Shown piece after piece: positions 12,378 to 25,063 of a DNA stretch of 64,000 bases; the stretch's first letter is position 1, and each line of letters opens with the position of its first letter. The stretch is from contig NW_013657674.1 of the NCBI RefSeq assembly GCF_000142905.1, positions 280,709 to 344,708 of the forward strand, written 5' to 3'. The stretch comes from Thecamonas trahens ATCC 50062 (taxonomy: Eukaryota; Protista; Apusomonadida). Below the pieces are notes generated by a model. It worked only from the letters and a program-made list of their open reading frames with translations. It was not told where the DNA came from and did no database searches. The position numbers and the translations under genes were made by a program.

Positions 12378-12661
12378 TCGAGCTTGGCTCTGACCAGGCA
12401 CGTCATGCACCTTTAAACATACTGGAATCTTTGTTGGTGTGAGCTCCAACAAGGTGGTTGTTGGAGTGAGCTCCAGCGAGAGCGTGAGCGGCGCGAAACA
12501 AAGTTTGCTGGCACGTGCAGCCGAGCTGCTCACACGCTTCCACACGGTCACTCCCGCAACCCACGTCGTCTGCATCTGGAACATTACTCGTCTTCCCCCA
12601 CCCCACAACTGATCTTGCAGTTGGTGCGGAGAAGGGGAAGACAGTGTGGGCCGAGTTGAAC

Positions 12662-15600
12662 ATGGACTGGGCTCAGCGGTTGTATGCGGCGGCCGACGGG
12701 GAGGCCGAGGCGGACAGAGCCGTGTCCAGAGCGCTGGAAGAGGCGGCGGATATCGAGGCACGGAAGCTGGGCATGAGCTTCGAGGAGAGCAGTGACAACG
12801 ACGATGGATCCGTGGCGAGCGGATCCGAACTGGGCATGGACGAGGCGCTGTCGGTGGCTGCGGCGCGCCAGTTGTTCGCCTCTGGCCGCGGGTGGAAGAC
12901 GACCCGCGCGCTGGCTGTCCGGACAGGCAGCGAGTCTATCCGCGAGACTGTTGTCCGCAGAGTTGCGGGCTTTCCGTTTGTAGTCGACGATCTGCTGCTC
13001 CGTGCGCTAAATGGTGTCCGCGGAGCCGTCGTCGTCCCCGGCATGGGCCGGGCGTCGTTTGTCCACTTTTGGGACTCGGACCGGCTCGTGGGCCTCAGCG
13101 TGTGTCTCTTCTGGTACGTCTTTGTGGCCTACTTTCAGCTCATGAGCTACCGCTCGCAGCATCCAGCACATGAGGCCGACAAAGTGACCCATGAACATCC
13201 GCTGATGAAGGCTCTGGCAAAGAACGCCGGCGCCGCGTGGGTCCGCTTCATGAGCGACGCCATCGAGATCCGCCCGGCCACCGTGTCGGGAAACCGCGGC
13301 TTGTCGTCGCTCTTCCGCTCCTCATTCCTCCGCTACGGACCGTACGTGCTCGCCGAGGCCGTCTTTCTTTCGTTTGCACCTGCTTTTGGCGGCGAGACGA
13401 CGCCCTCGGTCGTCTTCGATGCCCGTCTCCGCAACGTCACCTGGCGGCTCATTCCCGAGCTTCTGATGGGCGTCCGCATCACCCGTCCTCTTGTCTCTGA
13501 GATGCAAGTCAAGCTCTTCCCGCACTCGCATGCCAAAGCGCCGGCGTCACTGGCTCGGACAGTCTCGCACTCGCGGTCACAGACCCGCTCGCGTTCGCGA
13601 TCTCGCTCGCAATCTCGCTCGCGTTCGATCTCGCGCTCCATGTCGCGCTCTATGACACAGCTCGGCTCGCCGCCGAGCTCAAGTCAGCCCCGAGCTCGCC
13701 GCGGCTCATGGCTTGCGCCACGGGTCCACTCGAGCCCAAACCTGTCGCCGACAACCGCAAAGTGCCGGCCAGCATCGTCCGCACCGCGCACTCACTCGCG
13801 GCCTTTATCGCGCTCGGATGCGCGACCGTCGTCGCTGCCCAAGCGGCGTCCAGGCTCGACTTCTCGCCATCGCCGCCGCTCTGGCCGAAGCCGTGGTCGC
13901 AACTCTGCTCCCCGCTCTGTCTCGCGCGCAAAGCATGGGCAAGACCGCGGGCCGCGGCAACTAGCCGGGACTCGTCCGTCCAAGACTGGCGCGCCCAAGG
14001 CCTCGACATGGGAGACACTCTGGGCGCTGCACCCCGCGTCGTCAGACGACTCGTCGTGGGCTGATGCCTCTAGTAACGAGACTGTCTCGCACTCGGGCTC
14101 AATGTCGCCGTCTCCGCCGTGGACGCCTGTCAATGGTGCCTTTCCGGACGACGCCATCTCGACAGCCTCGACTGAAGCCTCTGACAACGATGGCAAGCCG
14201 TGGCACGACCCAGAGCTTCTGGGCGCGGGCAACCGCCCGACGGTGCTGGACGAGCTGGGTTTTGACTACAAGGGCGTGATGGACAAGATGCATGAGATGT
14301 ATGGGCGAGCCGCCAACGAGCTTGCCCACGGCGAGGCCATGCTAGAGGTGGCGCGGCTGGCATCATCGACTGAGTTGCAGCCGTCGCCACAAGCGCATCC
14401 GCCTTCGCCTCCGAGCACCACACGGACGTTTCTGACGGGCACACCCGGGCGTACGCCGCGACGCACGACTGCACTTGCGTCGCAGCGGTCGACTGTCGCA
14501 TTGGTGACACAGATGGAGAGCCACTCGACCCTGTTCTCAGCGCCGACCATCAGTATGGCGATGTCACCATCAACCGCCTCGGCTGGCGGCCTTACATCGC
14601 GGTCAGGCTGGTCCGACGCACTTGACGAAACAACCGCAGTAAGCTCTTTAGGCGAGGCCGTGGGTGGTGCGAGGCCGTCAACAGCCGGTCTAGTTCCGCG
14701 CGGAGTCATTATGGGACCTTCGGGCGTCCAATATGTCATCGGCGATGAGGAAGCTCTCCTACTCGACGAGATGGGCGTTCACCGTGGAATTGACGATCTC
14801 ACCAACGCCTCGCTGGCCTCCGGCATCGAGCGAACGCCGCTCCCGCGCCACCGCATGCGTGACCTGGCGCGAGTGAGCCAGCCGAGCCGCGAGCAGCGGC
14901 TCGAGTTCCCAGCATACAAGGTGACGCCTGGCATGGAGACGGCGGCCGAGGCCGTGGGTGAGGTTTTTCTTCCCGGTCGGCGGACGCCTCTCATCCGAAG
15001 GACCATCGAGGCCGAGCCTGTTGTGCTCGACCCGTTTGCGGTCCGTGGACACGGCGCAGCGGTCCGGTTCTCGGTCGAGCTTGCGTCGCGGTCGGCGACG
15101 CTCGACGCCGGCTACTACTCCAAACAGGTCGACGAGCTATCACTGCGGTACGATGCGGCCGCGGAGGCGTTTGCGGCGGCAGACTCTGCCGCCGATCGGT
15201 CGCTTCTGCACCTTCGGGTGGCGTCGTCGCAGCACCTGGCGCTAGCTGAAGCCGAGGCTGAGGCGGTGCTGAGTGAGAAAAACGCCCGCAAGCGTGAGGC
15301 TGCGCTTGCAGAGGCCGCCTCGCTTTCACGTGCGACACGGGTCTCGCGCGCTGTCGTCGCCGCCGAGCACGACCAGCTGGTCAAAGAGCTTGCCGTGGCC
15401 AGCGGCGTTGGCGACAACAGCGAGCCATCTGACGGCGGGCGCGGCCTGAGACAACAACGTGCAACCCGCGCGTCACTCCGTGCTCTCCGCAGCCGTCTTG
15501 CTCTCGAACGCGTCGCCGCCGTCGACGATGCCGTCCGCACCTCGGACAACCCGCTCGGCGTCGTGGTCGGTGAGATCGACACCACCGTCGACCTCCTTGT

Positions 15601-15721
15601 CGGCTCCATGGCGACCGAGGTTGAGCGCGCCACTACTATCAAGTCCAAAGCCGAAGCCTTTGCTCGTACCACTCGCCCCGCCTCGGTTCCCGAAGGCGTC
15701 GCCGAACGGGTCTACGTGTAG
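12662..15721 (+). CDS. FAM227-like (FWWh domain) protein with a long S/R-rich low-complexity region
   Basis: ORF 12515-15721, first ATG at 12662. The segment LFWYVFVAYFQ...FLRYGPYVLAEAVFLSFAPAF..VFDARLR...LLMGVR resembles the FAM227 conserved core as I recall it. Confidence 0.55.
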   Translation: MDWAQRLYAAADGEAEADRAVSRALEEAADIEARKLGMSFEESSDNDDGSVASGSELGMDEALSVAAARQLFASGRGWKTTRALAVRTGSESIRETVVRRVAGFPFVVDDLLLRALNGVRGAVVVPGMGRASFVHFWDSDRLVGLSVCLFWYVFVAYFQLMSYRSQHPAHEADKVTHEHPLMKALAKNAGAAWVRFMSDAIEIRPATVSGNRGLSSLFRSSFLRYGPYVLAEAVFLSFAPAFGGETTPSVVFDARLRNVTWRLIPELLMGVRITRPLVSEMQVKLFPHSHAKAPASLARTVSHSRSQTRSRSRSRSQSRSRSISRSMSRSMTQLGSPPSSSQPRARRGSWLAPRVHSSPNLSPTTAKCRPASSAPRTHSRPLSRSDARPSSLPKRRPGSTSRHRRRSGRSRGRNSAPRSVSRAKHGQDRGPRQLAGTRPSKTGAPKASTWETLWALHPASSDDSSWADASSNETVSHSGSMSPSPPWTPVNGAFPDDAISTASTEASDNDGKPWHDPELLGAGNRPTVLDELGFDYKGVMDKMHEMYGRAANELAHGEAMLEVARLASSTELQPSPQAHPPSPPSTTRTFLTGTPGRTPRRTTALASQRSTVALVTQMESHSTLFSAPTISMAMSPSTASAGGLTSRSGWSDALDETTAVSSLGEAVGGARPSTAGLVPRGVIMGPSGVQYVIGDEEALLLDEMGVHRGIDDLTNASLASGIERTPLPRHRMRDLARVSQPSREQRLEFPAYKVTPGMETAAEAVGEVFLPGRRTPLIRRTIEAEPVVLDPFAVRGHGAAVRFSVELASRSATLDAGYYSKQVDELSLRYDAAAEAFAAADSAADRSLLHLRVASSQHLALAEAEAEAVLSEKNARKREAALAEAASLSRATRVSRAVVAAEHDQLVKELAVASGVGDNSEPSDGGRGLRQQRATRASLRALRSRLALERVAAVDDAVRTSDNPLGVVVGEIDTTVDLLVGSMATEVERATTIKSKAEAFARTTRPASVPEGVAERVYV

Positions 15722-15985
15722 TAGGCGCCCTCGGACGACAGCTTCCACGCCGGCTCTGTCCATGATCAACATGACGCACTCCCGCACCACTACATCGCAG
15801 TCCAATCATAGTCCAACCTAACCCAGCGTGGATGGCGCTGCATTACAAATGCAACCGCTTTGACTAATGGACCCCCCGCCGACGCCGTCGTCGACTGGCC
15901 GCGGCAGCCACCGGCATCCAGTTACTGGCCACCACCGCACTCGCACCTGGCTCTCCTGCCCTCTCCCCCCCCCCATAACGGTACC

Positions 15986-17609
15986 ATGGAGCTCCCGGGT
16001 AACTTCCGGTCTGGCTACCGAAGCTCATCAGTAGTGCCCGAGTACTTTCGACGGATGATCAAGCCCAAGCAAATGGACTTTGAGTATGCCATGTGGCAGA
16101 TGTTCCATCTCTGTGTTGCTCCACGTAAGGTGTACGTGACGAATGAGGAAGAGGCCGGGCGAGGGGGGGGGGGGGGGGAAGGGGGGAAGGTACTGGTACA
16201 GCAGCACACATGCACACACACATGCACACATACACACACACACATGCACATGCACACACACACACACACACACACATTGTCCCCTCCTCCCCCTCCCGCC
16301 ACTCTGCCTCCCCGCCCGCCACTGCACAGAAGCCGACGCCCACTCACACTCCCTCCCTCCTCCTCCCCCTCCCCCTCCTCTTCCACAGCTTCCGCAACAT
16401 GGTTTATCACAAACGTAGGCTCCCACCTTTCCCCCCTCCCTCCTCCTCCTCTCCCTCCTCCCTCCATNNNNNNNNNNNNNNNNNNNNNNNNNNNNNNNNN
16501 NNNNNNNNNNNNNNNNNNNNNNNNNNNNNNNNNNNNNNNNNNNNNNNNNNNNNNNNNNNNNNNNNNNNNNNNNNNNNNNNNNNNNNNNNNNNNNNNNNNN
16601 NNNNNNNNNNNNNNNNNNNNNNNNNNNNNNNNNNNNNNNNNNNNNNNNNNNNNNNNNNNNNNNNNNNNNNNNNNNNNNNNNNNNNNNNNNNNNNNNNNNN
16701 NNNNNNNNNNNNNNNNNNNNNNNNNNNNNNNNNNNNNNNNNNNNNNNNNNNNNNNNNNNNNNNNNNNNNNNNNNNNNNNNNNNNNNNNNNNNNNNNNNNN
16801 NNNNNNNNNNNNNNNNNNNNNNNNNNNNNNNNNNNNNNNNNNNNNNNNNNNNNNNNNNNNNNNNNNNNNNTCCCCCTCCCTCCTCCTCCTCCCTCCTCCT
16901 CCTCCTCCCTCCTCCCCCCCCCCCCCCCGCCCAACTCACTCTCCTCGCAGACGCCTCGGACCACTGGGCGCGCGACGACCCGGCGTTTGTGGTGGTCTCG
17001 GTCGCGTTCTTGACCATCGCCTCGCTGGCGTACGGCATCGCGTTCCGGGCATCGCTCTGGGCGGTGCTCAAGCTGTTGCTGTGGTCGGTCTTTGTCGACT
17101 TTGTGGCTGTCGGCATGCTCGTCGCTACCGTTGGCTGGTGGGTGGCCAACACCTTTCTCCGCTCCGATGATGGCGCCTCGCTCGAGGCGGCGTCCAACGA
17201 GCGCCTTACATCGCTCACCCTGGGAGCCGACCCACTGTACGGCGAGTTCCCGGGCGGGTCGGGCCCGCCGCCAGCGATGCGATCGCCCAAGGTCGAGTGG
17301 CTCTATGCCTTTGACATCCACTGCAACGCGTTCTTCCCGCTCTTTGTCGTCCTCTACGTCGTCCAGTTTGCGCTCCTCTTCCTCATCCTCTCCAACTCGA
17401 TCGTGGCGCCGCTGGTCTCCAACGCCCTCTACGTCATTGCCACACTCTTCTACTACTACATCACTTTCCTCGGCTATTCGGAGCTCTCGTTCCTCTCGCG
17501 GACCAACGTCTTTCTCTATCCGGCTGTCGTCTTTGTCATTCTGTTTACCATCCTCACCCTGCTGCAGTACAACATCTCGGCGGCCGTCTTCTCGTTCTAC
17601 TTTGCGTAG
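15986..17609 (+). CDS. unc50: UNC-50/GMH1 Golgi membrane protein; exons 15986-16131, 16389-16414, 16951-17609
   Basis: Motifs KQMDFEYAMWQM, WARDDPAF, VEWLYAFDIHCNAFFP, YYYITFLGY. GT-AG splicing across a 26-nt microexon keeps the frame (KVFRNMVYHKHASDHWARDD). Confidence 0.93.
16204..16275. repeat. Imperfect (CA)n microsatellite in UNC-50 intron 1
   Basis: cacacatgcacacaca... visible directly. Confidence 0.9.
16468..16870. other. Assembly gap inside UNC-50 intron 2
   Basis: N run flanked by (CCT)n/C-rich tracts. Confidence 0.99.
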
Positions 17610-17648
17610 TACGTCGGGCGGCTCTGGACTGACAATGAACAGAGAGCC

Positions 17649-19571
17649 TTAGTGACCGAGGTCGTAGATGTAGCCCCACTCGTCCCACTTGTCGCACTCG
17701 GCCGCCCAGAGGTCGGACTGGATCGACGACGGCGTGGCAAAGTGCATGTTGAGCTTAGTGTTGGGATCGTACTGCGGCCACTTGAGTGGTGTGTCGGCAG
17801 CATTGGGGTCGCTCGTCTTGGCAAACGTCGCCCACGACGTCGCCATCTGCGTCGAAAGCTCCAGTTCGGGCTGGGTGAAGAACTCCGAGCCAGAGCTGAA
17901 GACAAACGGCAGCTCCTCGCCGTGGCACACCTTGTCGACGCAATATGGGAACTCCGGACCCCAGATGTCGTGCCCGATGACATGATCAAACTGGTACAGG
18001 TACGTTGGCATGCCGGCCTTGGCAAAGGCCCGCGCCGTGGCGCGCGCAGGGCAGGTAAAGATGAACTGCGTCACCATGTGCGCAATGTTGTCGCGGTTGT
18101 CGACTCCGCCCTTGAGCGCCGGGTACTCCTTCAGAATCGCGGGCGCGCGCGTGTTAAACACGTCCACAATCAGCGCATCGTATTCCCACGCAGGCAGCGT
18201 GTGGTTCCATGCCTGGTAGATGAAGAGCAGGCCCTCGTTGTACACCGAGCCGAGCATGGCCGGCACCTTCTTAAACTCGCCAGCCAGAATAGCCTCGATC
18301 GGCTGCTTGGTAAAGAGCTTGCCGTCCACGGTCGGCGTCCACGGGTAGAAAGCCGTGAGGAACTTGAGATAGTCGATCTTCTGCTGCGCTGCAATCTGCG
18401 CTTCCATGACCTTGGCCACAGGCAGGCCGCGGAGGCACGCCGTGTCTGTCGACTCGCAGCCGCCGGCCTTGGCAAAGTTCTTGCCAGTCTTCTGTGCCAT
18501 CTTGGTCGGCTTCATCAGCAGTGAGAACGGGTTCGACTCGATCACGACCTTGGCAAACAGGTTCGAGTCACCAGCGTTGGCTGCCGTGAGGTGGACCGTC
18601 GTCGACGTGCCGCCTGCAGACTGCCCAAACAGCATCACATTCTCGGGGTCACCGCCAAACGCCTCGATGTTCTTCTGGACCCACTCGAGCACAAGGACCT
18701 GATCCATGAACCCAAAGTTGCCCTCGATCCCACCGTCCGTCACCAGCCACCCCAGCGCCCCGAGCCGGTACGCCGCGTTGACCAGAATGACTTGCGTGTC
18801 GTTGACGAAAAAGTTACCCGAGTACAGCGACGTCGGGATCCCGCCCTGCTCAAACCGCCCACCAGGCAGGAACACCATCACAGCGAGCTTCGACGTCGGC
18901 TTGGCCCAGAATGGCACAAACAGATCCAGGTACAGACAGTCCTCGGCCATGACCTCGGGACACGTCCCAGGCGGCAGCTCACACTTTTGCGGGCAGCCAG
19001 GCTGGAATGCTGTCGCGTTGATCGCTCCCACAGCCTTCTGCGCTCCCAACACACGCACCAGCCACCCACGCCTCTCGCTGTGAGTCTGTTCTCTCTTCAT
19101 CGACCATGACTCGTTTCGTAGCCGCAGCTCTCGCTTGTGGGTGACGATCTCTGCAGCCAAAGACGGCGCCTTTTTCCCCCGCCATGTGCCCACATCGAAT
19201 TCAACGAAAAAAAGGAAAGCGCTCACAAATGAGCCGAGTCACGCGCTCGCAGGTGCTGCCTGCCGTTGACAAACACAGGCATGTGGGGCGGGGTCAGGAG
19301 GGGGGAGGAGAGAGAGATAGAGAGAGAGAGAGAGACGGCGTACCGGTACAGGCGGAGCCCAGCGGAGGTCTCCAACAGGAGGCTCGGCGTATGGGACGCC
19401 CAGGAATTGGTTGACGTTGATGTCGCGGATGCCCGTGATGGGTCCGGCCGGCGTGTCGATCGTCACTGTCTCACCGACCGCGCTTGCAGCAAAGGCCACG
19501 GCGGCAAGGGCAAGGAAAGTAGCCACAACACCCAGGCTCTGTGGCCGTGTCCAGCGTGTGAATATCTTCAT
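17649..19571 (-). CDS. Secreted type-B carboxylesterase (cholinesterase fold); exons 19571-19344 and ~19037-17649
   Basis: Signal peptide, FLGVPYAEPPVGDLRWAPP, EDCLYL, catalytic FGQSAG, NEG, CHGEELPFVF. GTACGC donor at 19343; acceptor inferred at 19038. Confidence 0.92.
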
Positions 19572-19931
19572 AGCTAGCAACGTGGGCAAAAGAAGAGAAA
19601 AGTGGCTTCTTATGACGCCGTCGGACTGGGCCCATCCATGAGCCCACCTCGTATGAGCCGATAGGGGCGCCCAGGCCGAACATGCTACCAAACAGAACGA
19701 TCCCGGGCAGGAATAGCTTTTGCTTGAATATCCGTGAAAGATAGCCAGATCCTCATCAACGCGGAGCAACCCATGGGCAGGCTTCGGGTCAGTCGCCATC
19801 GCGGGGCTAGTTCTCGATGCCGCGCGCGCACCCGGCGCAGGTGACGTCTGCAGGATCCTGAAGGCTGAGCTGTGCTGTAGTGGGTGTCCGGTTGACCAAC
19901 ATCGACCAGCCCCAGCCCGGTCATGGTGCGG

Positions 19932-21611
19932 CTACGAGATGAAGTGGTCGATGACGCCCAGGGTAACAGCTTCTGCATAGCGGACCACGACGCCAAAAGC
20001 GTCGATGAGTCCCTTCTCGGCGGCAGAGTCGACCGCCACCAGCTGGCGAAACTCTTCGACGGTGAGATCAGAAGTACGGTACTCGCCCATAAAGAGCTTG
20101 TCGGTGATGGCGGGCTCAAAAACCTCGGGCCGGCTGGCGAGGTCGCTCATGGCCTCTTTGAGAGCTGATTCCTCCGCAGCAGTGAGGAGATCATCGAGAT
20201 AGAGCTGGTAGTTGGTCGAGTCAACATAGTTGGTGGAGAGCGCGATGGGCGCCTCCACGTTGCGAACTTGATGCGGCGAACCGCCGGGCACAAAGATCAT
20301 GTCGCCCGACTTGGTGAACGCTTGCCAGCCGCGAATGTGACGGGCACGCGGGAAGCGATCAAAGTCTGGGTCGAACGCGTCGAGGTCAAAGACGGCCGAC
20401 CCGGGCTCGTCACCCTGGTACAGGTTGCGCATCTGGGTCTGCGGGAAGATGAGCCACTCCTTTCGGCCGAGAACTAGCGCCTGCCAAAAGTGGGTGTGCC
20501 GCGCGTCCTGGTGCATGCCCGACCGCGATCGGCCTTGCTGCACAAAGAGCGACGGCCAGTGCAGACAGCGGCCACAGCGCGCCGCCACCGGATCGACCTC
20601 CTGAAACAAGTCTGATGCAAAAACTGCCGGGATGGTAAACTTAGTCGCAGCCACTGTCCGCGGGCAGTGATCGATGAACGACCAGTCAAACAGGTGTGCG
20701 TTGTACAGCGGATCGTCCGCTGGAAGCTCGCTGTTCGGCCCGGCAGCGGTCAGGAACTCGCCCAGTGTCACCGGCTTCTCGGTCTTGACTTGCTCCAGCC
20801 CAGCCCACACGTCAGCCTCGGCTGCGTATCGCTGCAACTTGACCGGCTGCGAGCCGCATGTTGCGTTGAGCAGCTCGCGGGTGAGTGGTGCCTCCGGAAA
20901 GAGCACAGGATTCATGTCCTCCAGGATGACTGGGATGCCCGGCTCAGCGTAGCGCGTGCGGAACTCAGCGACCGAGAGACTGCCGCGCGGCCAGCGGTCG
21001 ATGGCCCGCAAGTGAGTGAAGCCAAGCTCAGAAGCACGCTCAGCAGCTAGTGCTTCCTCCTCAGCCATCTCACGTCCGCCGCGCTCTACAGCGAGGTAGG
21101 CAGCTTCAGCACCATCGACCGAGTCACCATCGCGGAGAGCATAGTGATCTAGAGCACGGACGGCCCGCGGCCCAGCCACATCGCGCGGAGTGCGACCACG
21201 CGCATCCTTGGCTTGCGGATCTGCGCCGGCCACCACAAGCATGGCAGTGATCGAGTACCAGTCACCAAGGGCAGCGTAGTGAAGCGGAGTGGCGCCGCAG
21301 GCGTCTCGGGAGTCCACCAGAGCCCCATGGGCAAGCAAGTCGCTCACAATGGTCAGAGAGCCCAGGCGGGCAGCGGGAGAGAGAATGCTCAACGCAATGC
21401 ACGGCATGTCCGCTCCGGGTGAGTACGTCGTCCATTCAGCGCCCATGCCCTTGGCAACGACCGCCACCGGGTGCGAGACCACCGCGGGGAGCGCCAGCGG
21501 CGCAAAGAACGTCGAGACATAGACTGAGACCACCAGCGTGATCCACGCAGAAGACACTGCAAGCACTATCCGCGCAATGATCACTCCGCGTCGAGTCCGC
21601 TGGCATCCCAT
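19932..21611 (-). CDS. N-terminal hydrophobic segment + ankyrin repeats + JmjC (cupin-like) 2-oxoglutarate oxygenase
   Basis: GATPLHYAA and GRTPRD ankyrin motifs. JmjC Fe ligands in SGMHQD and SPHQVRN; also GRKEWLIFP and GDMIFVPGG. Confidence 0.85.
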   Translation of the reverse strand: MGCQRTRRGVIIARIVLAVSSAWITLVVSVYVSTFFAPLALPAVVSHPVAVVAKGMGAEWTTYSPGADMPCIALSILSPAARLGSLTIVSDLLAHGALVDSRDACGATPLHYAALGDWYSITAMLVVAGADPQAKDARGRTPRDVAGPRAVRALDHYALRDGDSVDGAEAAYLAVERGGREMAEEEALAAERASELGFTHLRAIDRWPRGSLSVAEFRTRYAEPGIPVILEDMNPVLFPEAPLTRELLNATCGSQPVKLQRYAAEADVWAGLEQVKTEKPVTLGEFLTAAGPNSELPADDPLYNAHLFDWSFIDHCPRTVAATKFTIPAVFASDLFQEVDPVAARCGRCLHWPSLFVQQGRSRSGMHQDARHTHFWQALVLGRKEWLIFPQTQMRNLYQGDEPGSAVFDLDAFDPDFDRFPRARHIRGWQAFTKSGDMIFVPGGSPHQVRNVEAPIALSTNYVDSTNYQLYLDDLLTAAEESALKEAMSDLASRPEVFEPAITDKLFMGEYRTSDLTVEEFRQLVAVDSAAEKGLIDAFGVVVRYAEAVTLGVIDHFIS

Positions 21612-21733
21612 GTTTACGCTGCCTGTGGTGTGGCGAGTGGGGGTGGGGGGGGGGGGGGGGGGCGCGAGCGAGAGAGGTGCCCAGCTCGACACGGAGCTCG
21701 ACACGAGCTGGGCAACTCATCACAGCCACCATC

Positions 21734-24700
21734 TCACAATCTGGCACAGGCATCGAGGAAGGTTCCGGCGCCGGATGCGGGGGCAGAGAGAATGAGAGGA
21801 TGCATGATGCCCTTGCCCTTGATTGGCGTTGCCCCGCGAGGGGTTAGAGTAACAAAGCTGGTATCGTCGACGTGCGGGAGGAGTCGCGCACGCTGCAAGT
21901 CAAGCGCAGCCGCACAAGCGGTCGAGATCTGGATGGTGCTTTGCGGCGCAAACGACTCCATGCGCGACGCAGTGTTGACAGTGTCGCCAAAACAATCAAA
22001 AATCGACTTGAGCGAGCCAAGCACGCCGCCGACTACATGTCCGGTGTTGATCCCAATCCGCACGCTCAACGCCAGCCCAGGTAGGCCGAGCGAGTTCGCC
22101 GCGGCCGCCGAGATCCTCGGGAGCGCCGCCTGGATCTCCAGCGCTACCGCAGCAAGCCGCAAAGCATGGTCATTGTTCTTGTCTGGCAAGCCTGATACAG
22201 CCATGTACACCGTGCCAACCGTCTTGATCTTCTCCACACGGTACTGATTGCAGATGGCGTCGACCGTCGAAACAAAGGTGTTGAGCAGCCACAGGTGCTC
22301 GCTGGGGAGCAACGAGTCCGGCACGTCGTCGAGAATCGCAAACAGCACTGATGCCTTGTACTTGTGGGCAATGGTGCGGATCTCGCCGCCAAGCTCGTCG
22401 TAGATGGTCTGCGGAAGGATGTTGAGAAGCAGACCCTCGGTCTGCTTCTGCTTGGCCTCCACCGCCGCCACCCGTGACGCCATTGCCTCAGAGAGCCCAA
22501 ACGAGTACCGCGACATTCGCTCGGCATGTGCCACCCCGATGGCGCCGGCAACAAAGATAACTAAGAGAAAGGCGTCTGTGCCAAGGAGTGACGACCGCAG
22601 CGAACGCACTTCCACCATCACAAACAGATGCCATGCCGAGAGGAGCACTACATGGAGCATGAGCGTCCAAAGCAGCTCCAGCGGGCCAAAGAGGAGCGAG
22701 AAAAGCGAAATGAGCACCATCCGAGCATTGATAAACGACTTGGTTGTCTGGTCCAGCTCCTCAGCCGAGCCATCGAGAATGCCGGCTGCCCGCTGCGCTT
22801 CACGGCCATCCTCGGCCTCCTCCTGGATCCGCATTGTAAACGAGACGCAAAGCATGACTACAAGCGCCGAGGCAAGGACGTTAAAGTAGTGCTTGGTCTC
22901 AGTGATCGGATGGCGAACAAAGCCAGCCGCACCCACAGCAAAGACGCCGACTACAACCGCTCCCAGCCTCTTCGGCATAGCATTAAAGGTTCCAATCATG
23001 ACGTCGACAACTTCAAAAGTGATCACCATCACCAACACCATCGCCAGTGCCTCGCGGAACCGCACCACACGCAACCGCCGGATGTGCTGCTGATAGTTGG
23101 CCTCGACAGCCGCGGAACGGAACACATGACACGACCATGGACGCATCGACGCCATGATCGTTGTCTGCAATACTTTGTCGGACTTTGTCTCCTCGCCCAT
23201 GGTCTCGACCCCAGACGCGTGAAGTTGGGTGAAATGCGAGACAAGCGTCGCAAGCTCGGCGGTGGATGACACAGCCGAGCGCGGGGTCCGACTCGAGCTC
23301 CGAGCAGCGGCAAGCACGGGATCAACTCCGCCGATTGTGGTCAGCAAGTAGGTGTCGACCGTGGTGGCACCATCATCCGCCATCTGCGACAGAGCGTCAG
23401 CAAAGAACAAGTCATGAAGCGCTGCGCCCTGTGCCGTCATGTCCTCGGTACTTGCCATGGCTGATCTCAGGTCATGGGCCATCGACTCGGAACGCCGCAC
23501 GACGCCTGTGCTTGACGGCTTTTGCTGCGGCAACAGCTTGTAAGGGACCAGAATCCAGTAGTGGTCGTCCCGGACTGCCAGCTGATTGAGCGATGAGGGA
23601 GCAGTGGCGCCGGGTGCGAGTCGCCGAGCCGAGACCGGATCACCGGGACCAGGAATGTACTCGAGGATGGCGGCGGACGCTGCCGATACGTGGACACAGC
23701 CGGGCTTGCCTGACGACTCGAGAGTGGCTGCCATGTCGACGGTTGGACCCCAGAGGTCGTGCGAGAACCGATGTGTACCAATCACGCCGCCAATGACAGG
23801 ACCCGAGTGCAGGCCGACACGCATGTTGAGTGACGTACCACGATCAGCGTTAAACTCGTCGATGATAGAGACAATGGCTAGCGCCAGGCGGGCGACAGCC
23901 CGAGTGGCGTTGCGACCCTCTTCGGGGGTACGGGCGCCAAGCCCGCCGGCCGCCATGTAGCAGTCGCCAATGGTCTTGATCTTCTCCAGACCAAGCGTGG
24001 TAGTGACGGCGTCAAACCGAGCAAACAAGTCGTCGAGAGCGTCGACAAGCTTGCGAGCCGACATCGACTGTGAGAGCACCGTAAAGCCGACCACATCGGC
24101 AAAGAGCACCGTGACGTAGTTATGCCGCTGCGAAAGCGGCGCCGACGCCTCAACGTAGGACCGTGTCAAGCTGGCGCCAATGTTTGCACTCTGCTTCAGC
24201 TCGGCTCCGACGTCAGCCGGAAGCAGATTGTTAAGGATGGCCTCTTGCTTGACCGACTCGGCGTTGAGCAGGTCGTTGGTGGCAACGAGCCGGCGGGTGG
24301 TGAGAAATGAGGTCCGGAGCGCGCGCGACGGAAGGTACGTCCCGATCATGCCCAAAAGCGAAGCTACCAGGCTCGAAAACGACGCGCCGATCCGGATACC
24401 GGCGTTTCCTTCGCCCCACACAGCTAGCGTCAACGCAAAGATGATGCAAACTGTCCATGCCACAACCACACGCTCGGCATAAATGAGAGGCGCCACCAAG
24501 TAGATGCCGGCGGTGAGGACAATAAGACCAGGCGAGGGACCCAGATCCTCCGCCGAGTGCTTGGTGATGAGGAAAACAAGCAGGATGAAACCGGCAGTCG
24601 CGGCCACAATCGGCCTCATCCACGCGATGATGATGGCGCTGGGAAGGCATACAGTGACAGCAAGAAACAGCGCGAGGGCGAGCGACGGCGGCCCGACTCG

Positions 24701-25011
24701 AACGGCAATGTCGGTCTGGTACGCAAAATGAACGATCCCAAAAAGAGCGGCAATGAACGCTACGATGCCAAGGCCAATGCGGGTGACTCTGACCGACTCC
24801 TCCTTCAGCGTCTCGACAAAGTCGTACTCCTCTTGCATCTGTTCGCCAATCCACGGCACAGCACACAGCGTGCTGAGCCAAGATCGGTCCCTTGCCGCAG
24901 CCTCGTCTTCAAAGTGCAGCCAGATCGGATGGATGTGAACGTCTGACAATGTTGCCGTGCGTTTCGGGCGGGTGTCGACGCCGGCTGGCACGCCAAGGGA
25001 GGTCACCAACA

Positions 25012-25063
<52 letters not shown>

